Origin: Promethearchaeota archaeon
GTDB taxonomy: Archaea; Asgardarchaeota; Thorarchaeia; Thorarchaeales; Thorarchaeaceae
Assembly (NCBI GenBank): GCA_027031765.1
Contig: JALVPN010000055.1
Coordinates: forward strand, 1-17,155
Length of the DNA: 17,155 bases
Direction of reading: 5' to 3'
Part shown: positions 7,352 through 15,132 of the stretch, in pieces
How the letters are laid out: each line of letters starts with the position of its first letter
How positions within the stretch are numbered: the first letter of the stretch is position 1
The notes under the pieces: model-generated
Seen by the model: the letters and a program-made list of their open reading frames with translations, nothing else
Told to the model about the DNA's origin: nothing
Databases searched by the model: none
Position numbers and translations under genes: made by a program

Positions 7352-7727
7352 GCCTGTGTCGCCACTGCTGTCGTGTTTCGCTCCACATGTTCCATGCACA
7401 TGCACTGTACTGGCCCTGACCTGCGTCACCATCAGTCATGTGCTGTCATGCAATGGAGTCCGGGTGCTGGTGCTCCGGGACACTGTGTCTGGTAACGTCA
7501 GGGGCCTAGGTGTCAGTGGTCGAGCTCTCGGGGCCTGTCCGCAGAGTCGGCCCTGCGCCCTGGTCCAGTGTTGTTTCACGACCGGCCCCGCAACGTGCCC
7601 GGCGCGAGAGGTGTTGTGCCGTTGTGCGCAGTGCGTCGGTGCCACCACTCCACTTGCGCCGAAGCCCTACTTTAACTCGGTCTCCGCCCCTCCTTACAGT
7701 ACTGGACGAGCCAGGAGGCGTTGCATC

Positions 7728-8969
7728 TTGTACAGTGCCGGTACGAATGTGAGTGTCCCGCTCGTGTTTCTCTCCCTGTGCCTCCTGCTTGCACCGGTCG
7801 CGCACCCATACGGGCCACTCCGTGTCTGCGCCCTGCCAGGGCCACAGGTCGGGAGGGTGGACATGCTGGAGGGCCCCATGGACTCGGTCCCCATTGTGCT
7901 GGACGGTGATGAGGGCCTGCGTGCAAGTGGTCTGCCTGGTTCGGGCACTGCCAGTGACCCCTTCGTGATTGCAGGCCTCAGAGTCGAGTCGCCGACCTAC
8001 TGCCTCCGCGTGTCCGATACGACTGAGCACGTGGTCGTCCGTCGGTGCCTTTTCAGGTCATACGGAATGAACGGCTCGGTGGCAGTGTTGCTCCTGAACG
8101 TCACGAACGTGGTGGTCGAGGAGTGTACCGTGATTGGTGGTATGAGCGGTCTGGTCCTTGCCGGTGCGTCCGGGTGTACTGTCCGTGGATGTCGTATGGT
8201 AGACGCCCAGTCCGGCATCTGGGCTACTGGCTCATCTGACTGTGTCTTCTCCGGGAATGCGGTCTACCATAATGATGTGGGCGTGCTGGTCAACACTTCA
8301 TCGCTCTGCCGTCTGACACACAACCGTGTATACGGTAACAGAGTGTCCGGGGTTGCCCTCGGGCCCGGTACCACAGCGATCTCTGTATATGACAACATGA
8401 TTGGCTGGAATGGTCGGGGTCGCGGGCCAACACCAACATCATGGGACGCCACAGATGACGGCGTGTCAAACGTATGGGACGACGGTGTTTCCCGTGGCAA
8501 CAACTGGACTGTGGCGGCTGGTGCGGTGGTCCCCATCCGTGGCTCGGCGGGCTCGGCTGACCGGTTCCCGTCACTCCTCCGTGACCGTGACGCACCGCGT
8601 CTGTCCAGTGCTCCAGATCTCCTGTTTGTTGAGGGGAGCGGCTACCACTCGATAGCGTGGGCCGTCGATGACCCGTTCGTCCTCACATACAGACTGGGAC
8701 GTGATGGCGCGGCAGTCGAGAGTGGTACTCTCGTCAGTCCCAGTGTGAACGTGACTGTGAGCGACCTCCCCAGAGGCCGCCACTACTTCTCACTCACCGT
8801 GGTGGACGCGGCTGGGAACGCTGCCACGGGACACATCACTGTCACCGTCCTCGAAGACATCTTTGCCCGCATCGTGTCACCATACGTGCTGCTCGCATCG
8901 TTACTGAGCGTGGTCTGTGTTGTGTGTGTCCTCGTCGTTGTGCACCGTTTCCGCCCCGGCCCCACGTGA
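7728..8969 (+). CDS. Membrane-anchored cell-surface protein: signal-like N-terminus, right-handed parallel beta-helix (NosD/pectin-lyase-like), Ig-like domain, C-terminal TM anchor
   Basis: PIVLDGD..GSGT..DPFVI cap, ~22-aa beta-helix repeats (GhhL...S.ChhRGC/GNAV), GNNW...DRFP, an Ig-like module (AP.L...W...D..Y...G.H.F.L.V.DAAGN) and a hydrophobic C-terminal helix followed by RFR. The TTG start at 7728 (GGAGG 9 nt upstream, TTTAA at 7671-7675) is uncertain. The ORF extension back to 7356 is judged non-coding. Confidence 0.8.
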   Translation: MYSAGTNVSVPLVFLSLCLLLAPVAHPYGPLRVCALPGPQVGRVDMLEGPMDSVPIVLDGDEGLRASGLPGSGTASDPFVIAGLRVESPTYCLRVSDTTEHVVVRRCLFRSYGMNGSVAVLLLNVTNVVVEECTVIGGMSGLVLAGASGCTVRGCRMVDAQSGIWATGSSDCVFSGNAVYHNDVGVLVNTSSLCRLTHNRVYGNRVSGVALGPGTTAISVYDNMIGWNGRGRGPTPTSWDATDDGVSNVWDDGVSRGNNWTVAAGAVVPIRGSAGSADRFPSLLRDRDAPRLSSAPDLLFVEGSGYHSIAWAVDDPFVLTYRLGRDGAAVESGTLVSPSVNVTVSDLPRGRHYFSLTVVDAAGNAATGHITVTVLEDIFARIVSPYVLLASLLSVVCVVCVLVVVHRFRPGPT

Positions 8970-9125
8970 TGCCCCTGTCGTGACACTGCTGCCTGCATGT
9001 GGGTGTTGGACTGTGCACAACCATGCCAGTAAGTTCATTAAGATGCTCCGGCTGAGGCCGCGGGAGAGCTCGGGACGGAGCGAGTGCGAGAGCCCGTCCT
9101 GAGTATATCCGTGCTGAAGGATGAG

Positions 9126-9707
9126 ATGACGATGGCTCTTGATTTCGCTAAGGGAATCACGGAGTTCCGCTGGCACGGTCGCGGTGGTCAGGGTGTGGTC
9201 ACCAGCAACCAGATGCTGGGCAAGGCCGCCCTCGCGGAGGGCAACTACATCCAGGCCTTCCCCGAGTTCGGGCCAGAGCGGACCGGCGCCCCCGTAAGGG
9301 CGTTCCTCCGGATAAGCAAGAGGCCCATTCAAGTGTATGCGCAGGTCTACAACCCCGACATTGTGGTCTGCATTGACCCGACACTCCTTGAAGTCTTGGA
9401 CCCGACAGAGGGGCTCAAGGAGGACGGCCTCCTCGTGTTGAACACAACCATGTCGCCCGAAGAGGTGCGGGACAAGTACGACTTCAGGGGCGGCAAGGTC
9501 GTCACAGTGGACGCCACGACCATTGCACTTGAGATACTTGGCCGGCCGTTCTATAACATGCCCACCATGGCAGCGGCCGTGAAGCACTCGGGTGTCGTGA
9601 GGCTCGAGTCTGCAATCCAGGCCGTACTTGAGCGCTACCCGGGCAAGATTGGCGAGCTCAACAAGGCGGCCATGGAACGAGCAGCAGAGGAGGCGAGAGT
9701 GGGATGA
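9126..9707 (+). CDS. porG: Pyruvate/2-ketoisovalerate:ferredoxin oxidoreductase gamma subunit
   Basis: EFRWHGRGGQGVVT, FPEFGPERTGAPV and PDIVVCIDPTL. Start is ATG 9126 or 9132. TATA-like CATTAAGA at 9036-9043. Confidence 0.93.
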   Translation: MTMALDFAKGITEFRWHGRGGQGVVTSNQMLGKAALAEGNYIQAFPEFGPERTGAPVRAFLRISKRPIQVYAQVYNPDIVVCIDPTLLEVLDPTEGLKEDGLLVLNTTMSPEEVRDKYDFRGGKVVTVDATTIALEILGRPFYNMPTMAAAVKHSGVVRLESAIQAVLERYPGKIGELNKAAMERAAEEARVG

Positions 9708-10000
9708 GCAAGAGGTTTGACGAGATCCCAATGGCGGGCATCATCATAGAGCCCGGCAATGCAATGGAGTACAAGACTGGCGGTTGGCGTGCCATGCGCC
9801 CTGTCCACACGGACGAGACCTGCCTCTGGATAAAGAACGGCACATGTGGCCTGTGCTGGATATACTGTCCTGACAATGCCGTCCGGCTCATTGAAGAGAA
9901 TGGCAAGTACCGCTACGAGTACGACTACGACTACTGCAAGGGCTGTGGCATCTGTGCCAACCAGTGTCCAACCGGCAGCATCAAGATGGAGAGTGAGTAG
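9704..10000 (+). CDS. porD: Pyruvate/2-ketoisovalerate:ferredoxin oxidoreductase delta subunit (2x[4Fe-4S] ferredoxin-like)
   Basis: KTGGWRAMRPV, C-x7-CGLCWIYCPD and DYDYCKGCGICANQCP. ATGA overlap with the porG stop. Confidence 0.93.
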   Translation: MSKRFDEIPMAGIIIEPGNAMEYKTGGWRAMRPVHTDETCLWIKNGTCGLCWIYCPDNAVRLIEENGKYRYEYDYDYCKGCGICANQCPTGSIKMESE

Positions 10001-10004
10001 ACAG

Positions 10005-11210
10005 ATGACCGTTGTAGAAAGAGTCCCCACTGACAAGGTTGTAGTGGAGGGCATGACGGGTGACGCAGCCATTGCTCATGCCCTCAAGCAGTGCGACATC
10101 GACGTCCTGGCTGCCTACCCTATCACGCCACAGACGATTATCGTTGAGGACTTTCAGAAGTTCGTGGCCAATGGTGAGGTGAAGACCCGGGTCATCCCGG
10201 TGGAGTCCGAGCACAGTGCGATGTCCGCCTGTGTCGGCGCCTCAGCTGTGGGTGCACGTGTTGCCACCGCAACGGCATCGGCAGGCCTTGCGCTGATGTG
10301 GGAGATCCTCTACTGCGCTGCATCCATGCGCATGCCCATCGTCCTTGCAGTTGCCAACCGGGCCCTGTCGGCACCCATCAACATACACAACGACTGGTCC
10401 GACTCCTACGGCGCCCGCGACAGTGGCTTCATCCAGATCTACTGCCAGAGCTGTCAGGAGGCCTATGACACTGTCATAATGGCGTTCAAGATTGCAGAGG
10501 ACCACGACGTGCTGCTCCCTGTGATGGTGTGCATTGACGGGTTCATCCTGAGCCACAACGTAGAGCGTGTGGAGATGCTGCCGACGGAGGCTGTGCAACA
10601 GTTCCTGGGTGTCCGCAAACCAGCAATCGCCCTCGACCCGGACAACCCGGTGACCATGGGCCCCCTCGCCCTCACCGACTACTACTTTGAGTTCAAGGAG
10701 CAGCAGGACCGTGCGATGGCAAGGGTACCTGAGGTGTTCGAGCGGGTGGAGTCCGAGTTCGAGAAGATGACCGGCCGGCGGTACGGCAGGTTCGAGACAT
10801 ACAGGGTCGAGGACGCCGACATCATCATCTTCACACACAGCACCCCCGGCGGGACTGCAAAGGCAGTCGTAGATGCGCTCCGCGAGAGAGGTGAGAAGGT
10901 GGGTGTTGTCAGGTTGAGGATGTTCCGACCGTTCCCTGCAGAGGCACTGAGAGAGGTGTTACGCAATGCAAAGGCTGTGGCGGTCTTCGAGAAGTGCAGG
11001 TCGTTCGGGGCGCCATCGAACCCGCTAGCCCTCGAAGTGCGCACTGCACTCTACGACCTTGATGAGCGCCCACTGGTCACCGACTTTGTGATTGGCCTCG
11101 GTGGCAGGGACGTGCCCCCGTCCACTATAGTGGAGGGGGTTGAGAAGACAAAGGAGTACCTGAAGGCTGGCAGGGCTCCACTGTACGAGACACTGGGGGT
11201 GCGGAAGTAA
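10005..11210 (+). CDS. porA: Pyruvate/2-ketoisovalerate:ferredoxin oxidoreductase alpha subunit
   Basis: AAYPITPQT, ESEHSAMSAC.GAS, TATASAGLALMWE, NRALSAPINIHND and RMFRPFP. The real ATG is at 10005; the ORF extension to 9846 overlaps porD out of frame. Confidence 0.95.
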   Translation: MTVVERVPTDKVVVEGMTGDAAIAHALKQCDIDVLAAYPITPQTIIVEDFQKFVANGEVKTRVIPVESEHSAMSACVGASAVGARVATATASAGLALMWEILYCAASMRMPIVLAVANRALSAPINIHNDWSDSYGARDSGFIQIYCQSCQEAYDTVIMAFKIAEDHDVLLPVMVCIDGFILSHNVERVEMLPTEAVQQFLGVRKPAIALDPDNPVTMGPLALTDYYFEFKEQQDRAMARVPEVFERVESEFEKMTGRRYGRFETYRVEDADIIIFTHSTPGGTAKAVVDALRERGEKVGVVRLRMFRPFPAEALREVLRNAKAVAVFEKCRSFGAPSNPLALEVRTALYDLDERPLVTDFVIGLGGRDVPPSTIVEGVEKTKEYLKAGRAPLYETLGVRK

Positions 11211-12151
11211 TGGCCGTCCGTCTGAAAGACATGTTGAAGCGTGAACCAATCCTGAGTTCAGGCCACAGGATGTGCGCCGGTTGTGCGGCGCCCACTGTGG
11301 TCAAGTTGATGGGGATGGCCCTCCGGGGCCCGACCATAGTCTGTGAGGCTACAGGGTGCCTCGAGGTCGCAACAACAATCTATCCGTTCACCGCGTGGAA
11401 GATCCCGTGGATCCATGTGGCCTTTGAGAATGCCGCTGCAGTGGCGTCGGGTGTTGTGGAGGCCATCAATGCGATGCGTGACAAGGGCCGCTACAAGGAC
11501 GAGCAGGTGGACGTGATTGCCATCGGTGGTGATGGCGGGACATTCGACATCGGTTTTGGGGCGCTGAGCGGAGCCCTTGAGCGCGGCCACAAGTTCGTCT
11601 ACATGGTGTACGACAACGGCGCATACCAGAACACGGGCATCCAGCGCTCAGGTGGCACCTTCCCGGGCCAAGAAACAACGACCTCGTGGGCGGGCAAGGT
11701 CGAGCCGGGCAAGCGCCAGCGGAAGAAACCGCTCGCCGAGATTGTGGCTGCTCATAAGATACCGTATGTTGCCACAGTCGACCCGTACCACTACCGTGAC
11801 TTCATCACGAAGTTCAGGAAGGCGCTGGAGGCTGACGGGCCGGCGTTCATCCACGCATTCTCGCCATGTCCCCGTGGCTGGCGCTCTGACACATCAAAGA
11901 GCATCGAGCTTGCCAAACTGGCCGTGGAAACGGGCCTACACCCGCTCTACGAGGTGATTGACGGGAAGGAGTGGATCATGTCGGGCCCAAGCAAGCGGCT
12001 CAAAGAGCTCAGACCTGTCGACGAGTACTTCAAGACCCAGGGCCAGTTCAAGCACCTCTTCAAGCCCGAGTGGGCAGAGTTCCGTGCCTGGATCCAGGAG
12101 GAAGTGCTCAAGGACTGGGAGGAGCTCAAGCGCAAGTGTGGTGTCAGCTAG
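11210..12151 (+). CDS. porB: Pyruvate/2-ketoisovalerate:ferredoxin oxidoreductase beta subunit (TPP-binding)
   Basis: GHRMCAGC, TGCLEV, GGDGGTFDIG...YDNGAYQNTGIQRS and SPCPRGW. TAATG overlap with the porA stop. Confidence 0.95.
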   Translation: MAVRLKDMLKREPILSSGHRMCAGCAAPTVVKLMGMALRGPTIVCEATGCLEVATTIYPFTAWKIPWIHVAFENAAAVASGVVEAINAMRDKGRYKDEQVDVIAIGGDGGTFDIGFGALSGALERGHKFVYMVYDNGAYQNTGIQRSGGTFPGQETTTSWAGKVEPGKRQRKKPLAEIVAAHKIPYVATVDPYHYRDFITKFRKALEADGPAFIHAFSPCPRGWRSDTSKSIELAKLAVETGLHPLYEVIDGKEWIMSGPSKRLKELRPVDEYFKTQGQFKHLFKPEWAEFRAWIQEEVLKDWEELKRKCGVS

Positions 12152-12163
12152 GTCTTCCCTGCT

Positions 12164-12205
12164 GACCTGGGGCTCCTTTGCCCCAGGTCCCTGCTATTTT
12201 TTTTT
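12164..12205 (+). terminator. Hairpin plus oligo-T terminator candidate of the por operon
   Basis: Perfect 10-bp stem GACCTGGGGC (12164-12173) / GCCCCAGGTC (12180-12189) with a 6-nt loop, then T9 at 12197-12205. It begins 13 nt after the porB stop. Confidence 0.7.
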
Positions 12206-12466
12206 GTCCTGCCAGTGTTTGAGCCCTGTCCCCACAGTACGGGCACGTACGTGTGTCCGGTATGTCATGTGTCCACAGCTCCCTTCCTCTGTGTGGATGT
12301 GTCCTGGGGCTGTTCTCACCACAAGGGGTCTGCCCCTCGTCATGGGTCTGCGACCACACGGCCACTGCCTGTTATTGGTGGCCATCAGCGGATTATGGGC
12401 TCCTATACTGTGGGATGGGCCTGTTGTCGGAGGGCTCATATGGGGTCGTATCTCCTGTCTTTGTTG

Positions 12467-13276
12467 ATGTCAAGACCACGCGTGTTCGATATCGGACGCC
12501 CCCTGATCATGGCCCACAGGGGTGACCCAGGTGCGGGCCCCGAGAACTCCATCCCGGCGATGAGGGGTGCAGTCGAGGTCGGTGTGGACGTACTCGAGAC
12601 CGACCTGCGCCTCACCCGGGACGGACATGTTGTCCTGTTCCACGATGAGGGCCTCGCGCGGATGACGGGTCACAGGGGTTCAGTTGAAGAGTGTACCCTT
12701 GACGAGCTGTTCGCGCTCGAGCTCCGCGCCGGGGCTGGCCCCAACAGCGCTGCCTCCACATATGATACTCCCAGTGTCCACATCCCGACGCTTGAGGAGG
12801 CATTCCGAGAGTTCGCGGGTGCACGTTTCAACCTTGACATGAAGAGCAAGGACTCACGTCTTCCCGCTGCCCTCGCAGCCCTGATTGAGCAGTACGACCG
12901 GTCAGAGTCAGTGATTGTCGGTTCGTTCCACGAACGTCAGGTCACCCGGTTCCGGCGGCTGGCCCCGGATGTGCACACTGCGGCCCACCCCGGTGAGGTC
13001 ACCCGCTTTCTCTTCGCTCTCAAGATGCATGCGGAGCGGCTGTTTGCCCGTCGTCCGTGTTGTGCTGCCTTTCAGGTGCCCGTCAAGTACGGCCTCATCC
13101 GTGTTGTTGACAGACGGTTTGTCACAGCTGCACACGAGCGCGGTATTGCAGTGCATGTCTGGCCGGTCATTGACCGGCCGACAATGGAGCACCTTGTCGA
13201 CTTGGGTGTCGATGGTGTCTTCACTGACCGGCCATCCCTGTTGAGAGATGTGCTGGTGGCCCGCGGTCTCATTTGA
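12467..13276 (+). CDS. Glycerophosphodiester phosphodiesterase (GDPD family)
   Basis: IMAHRG, PENS, LETDLRLTRDG.VVLFHD, FNLDMK and GVDGVFTDRP. Alternative in-frame ATG at 12440 with GGAGGG upstream. Confidence 0.92.
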   Translation: MSRPRVFDIGRPLIMAHRGDPGAGPENSIPAMRGAVEVGVDVLETDLRLTRDGHVVLFHDEGLARMTGHRGSVEECTLDELFALELRAGAGPNSAASTYDTPSVHIPTLEEAFREFAGARFNLDMKSKDSRLPAALAALIEQYDRSESVIVGSFHERQVTRFRRLAPDVHTAAHPGEVTRFLFALKMHAERLFARRPCCAAFQVPVKYGLIRVVDRRFVTAAHERGIAVHVWPVIDRPTMEHLVDLGVDGVFTDRPSLLRDVLVARGLI

Positions 13277-13335
13277 CCTCACAAGCGTCCCTGACGGCCT
13301 GCAGACGCCCTGTGTGTCAACGCAGCCGAACAACC

Positions 13336-13341
13336 TTAATA
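13336..13341 (+). promoter_or_regulatory. Putative TATA box upstream of the small Cys-rich ORF
   Basis: TTAATA island in the GC-rich spacer after GDPD. Its position argues against the GTG at 13343 being the start. Confidence 0.45.
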
Positions 13342-13423
13342 TGTGCCAACGAGTGAAGTTCTCCTAGAGTTCCGTGGACTACCGCATGACGGGACTTCAG
13401 AACAGAGCTGGAGAATGGTTTTC

Positions 13424-13558
13424 ATGACATGTCCAGACTACAATGCAGCTGAGAACAAGTGTGGTGTTGATGGCTTCAAGTTCTATGAGGGGATGGAAAA
13501 GCCCTGTGATACACCTGGGATTACAAGGGAAAAATGCCCACGCTTCGCAATGAAGTAG
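13424..13558 (+). CDS. Small (44 aa) four-cysteine protein of unknown function, possibly metal-binding
   Basis: MTCPDY-NAAENK-C-x14-C-x9-CPRF. GGAGA at 13410-13414, alternative ATG at 13415, protein-like composition and its own TATA candidate. Confidence 0.65.
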   Translation: MTCPDYNAAENKCGVDGFKFYEGMEKPCDTPGITREKCPRFAMK

Positions 13559-13619
13559 GACACGACGACACATCTTGCCTCTACCACACGTTGCCCCACG
13601 TATAACACACCTCTGAGCC

Positions 13620-13654
13620 GACTGAGTGGCGCGCATGGTGCGCGTCATTCAGTC
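13620..13654 (+). other. Long RNA hairpin (16-bp stem with two G-U pairs, 3-nt loop)
   Basis: GACTGAGTGGCGCGCA / TGG / TGCGCGTCATTCAGTC. Pairing is complete only on the + strand, because the G-U pairs become A-C mismatches on the minus strand. Confidence 0.55.
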
Positions 13655-13773
13655 CCTCGTCATCCCATGCTATCGTGACGGCCTACTACAACAGACCCCA
13701 CTACCCGGCCCGGAGCAACAGTTATCAGGCCGCCGGTGTCGTCCGGTCAGGCCAAACAGTAGGTGATTGATAC

Positions 13774-14040
13774 ATGGTCAAGGCCTACATCCTGATCAAG
13801 ACTGAAAGTGGCAAGGAGGACGAGGTACTGAAGACGCTCCTCCGGATGTCGGTCACGGAGGAGGCCCATGCGGTCTTTGGTCCCTTTGACATTATCGCGG
13901 AAGTGCGGGCCCGTGACATGGACAGCATAGTTGAGATAGTGCTGTCCAAGATCCGACGGATTTCTGGTATCACCGATACCCAGTCACTGATTGCTGTAGA
14001 TGCTGAGATCGACATGAGCTCCTCGGGTCTCGCGTCATAG
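13774..14040 (+). CDS. Stand-alone Lrp/AsnC ligand-binding (RAM) domain protein without an HTH
   Basis: KAYILIKTESGKEDEV...EAHAVFGPFDIIAEV...IRRISGITDTQSLI. SD AGGTGA at 13761-13766. Confidence 0.9.
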   Translation: MVKAYILIKTESGKEDEVLKTLLRMSVTEEAHAVFGPFDIIAEVRARDMDSIVEIVLSKIRRISGITDTQSLIAVDAEIDMSSSGLAS

Positions 14041-14136
14041 AGGTGTGCTCCCACCCCCAGTCAGTCCGCAAGTGCCATCACCCGCCGTGTCTACCTCCAT
14101 GCTGTGTCTACTCCCATGTCTGTCCGTCTGAAGATG

Positions 14137-14144
14137 TATTAAAA
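14137..14144 (+). promoter_or_regulatory. Putative TATA box of the gelsolin-domain gene
   Basis: TATTAAAA in GC-rich context, with SD AAGGAGGT at 14178-14185 downstream. Confidence 0.55.
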
Positions 14145-14192
14145 GGGACTGTGACAACCCCATTGTTGACCAATGATAAGGAGGTCATCGGG

Positions 14193-14996
14193 ATTTCCCC
14201 CGTAAAGACGCTGTCACGACAACCGTTCATGCTCATGTTGCAGGATGACTCTGGTGAGTTGACCCCAGTCCGACTGGACCCGGCCCTTGTGCGTAGTGAC
14301 ACTGCAATCATCGTTCTTGACGAGTATAGCGACACCTGTTGGGTCTGGGTTGGTAGGGACGTGAACATGCCGACCAGGATGCACGCCCTCCGTATGGGGC
14401 ACGCCCTACAGCGGTCAGGCTTCAAGGTCGGTGTCACCACGATTGGCATGGCATCCTCACGCCTCGTTGAGATTCTGGAGAAGGATGCCAGTGACCCAGA
14501 AGTTGCAGCCAACATCGAGGCCTTCAAGAGTGCCCTCCAGGGTAGGTGGAAGTTTGAGGACGATGTCCTCGCGTACGACGAGTCAAGAGTACCTGGTGAG
14601 GCGCCAGTCCCAACCACACCCACTGTTGCCCCATCGTACGAGGCGCCCGCACCGGCACCGAGTGCCACCACGCCCGCAGCGGCTGAGCCCGTGACCTATG
14701 AGGAGCCTGCCCCAAGGCCCGTCCCACAGGTGACACCGCCCGCAGAGGTCCAGGGCGGCGCCATGATGAAGACGGCGTATCTCCTCTACTCGATAGCCAT
14801 GAACACCGACCTAGTGTACACTGAGCGGTTCGAGCGCAATGGCAGGACCGGTCTCAAAGTGGAGGTCCCCGGTATCATGGTCATCGAGGCCACCATCGAC
14901 GGCGACAACCTGCGGATCACCCCGCCACACTTTGGTGACGGTGAGGAGGCCGCTAGGATCAGGGCGGAGTACGAGCGTCTGACGCGAGGACTGTGA
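14193..14996 (+). CDS. Gelsolin/villin-like domain protein with Pro/Ala/Thr-rich linker and C-terminal alpha/beta domain of unknown function (start uncertain)
   Basis: LVRSDTAIIVLDEYSDTCWVWVGRDVNMPTRMHALRMGHAL fits the gelsolin-repeat core L.S.D.FILD...IxVWxG...S...E+..A...A. Start candidates: GTG 14151, TTG 14163/14166, ATT 14193 (best SD spacing) and ATG 14229. Confidence 0.75.
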   Translation: MSPVKTLSRQPFMLMLQDDSGELTPVRLDPALVRSDTAIIVLDEYSDTCWVWVGRDVNMPTRMHALRMGHALQRSGFKVGVTTIGMASSRLVEILEKDASDPEVAANIEAFKSALQGRWKFEDDVLAYDESRVPGEAPVPTTPTVAPSYEAPAPAPSATTPAAAEPVTYEEPAPRPVPQVTPPAEVQGGAMMKTAYLLYSIAMNTDLVYTERFERNGRTGLKVEVPGIMVIEATIDGDNLRITPPHFGDGEEAARIRAEYERLTRGL

Positions 14997-15132
14997 GCAG
15001 TCCAACTGCCCAGTCCGCAACAAGCATACTGCCACCCCCTACGGGGCTGCAGGTGCCCCCGTGACTGAGGTCTTGGGCCCGTCACGCCCGTGCCGCAGTC
15101 GTCCTGTCCATGTCTGCCACTGTCGGCATTCC

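Noticed and set aside
7356-7727. N-terminal ORF extension of the beta-helix protein
   Set aside because: Cys/Arg/Pro-rich composition typical of non-coding GC-rich DNA; TATA and SD candidates lie inside it.
8901-9731. 276-aa minus-strand ORF opposite porG
   Set aside because: Antisense translation of a conserved gene; the same applies to 10242-10838 opposite porA and 546-1271 opposite iorB.
12215-12439. N-terminal ORF extension of GDPD
   Set aside because: Overlaps the post-terminator spacer, has non-protein-like composition, and the GDPD fold starts at the HRG strand.
13343-13700. Selenocysteine or pyrrolysine recoding with the hairpin as SECIS/PYLIS
   Set aside because: No in-frame UGA in the ORF, the hairpin lacks SECIS core motifs, and TAG readthrough gives a short non-conserved-looking tail.
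14043-14150. Cys/His/Pro-rich ORF extension upstream of the gelsolin domain
   Set aside because: It lies upstream of or across the putative TATA box; composition suggests a non-coding spacer rather than a zinc finger.
14062-15020. Identical 10-mer CAGTCCGCAA shortly after the Lrp and gelsolin stop codons (14062-14071, 15011-15020)
   Set aside because: Many 10-mer repeats are expected by chance in 17 kb of GC-rich DNA; only two copies.
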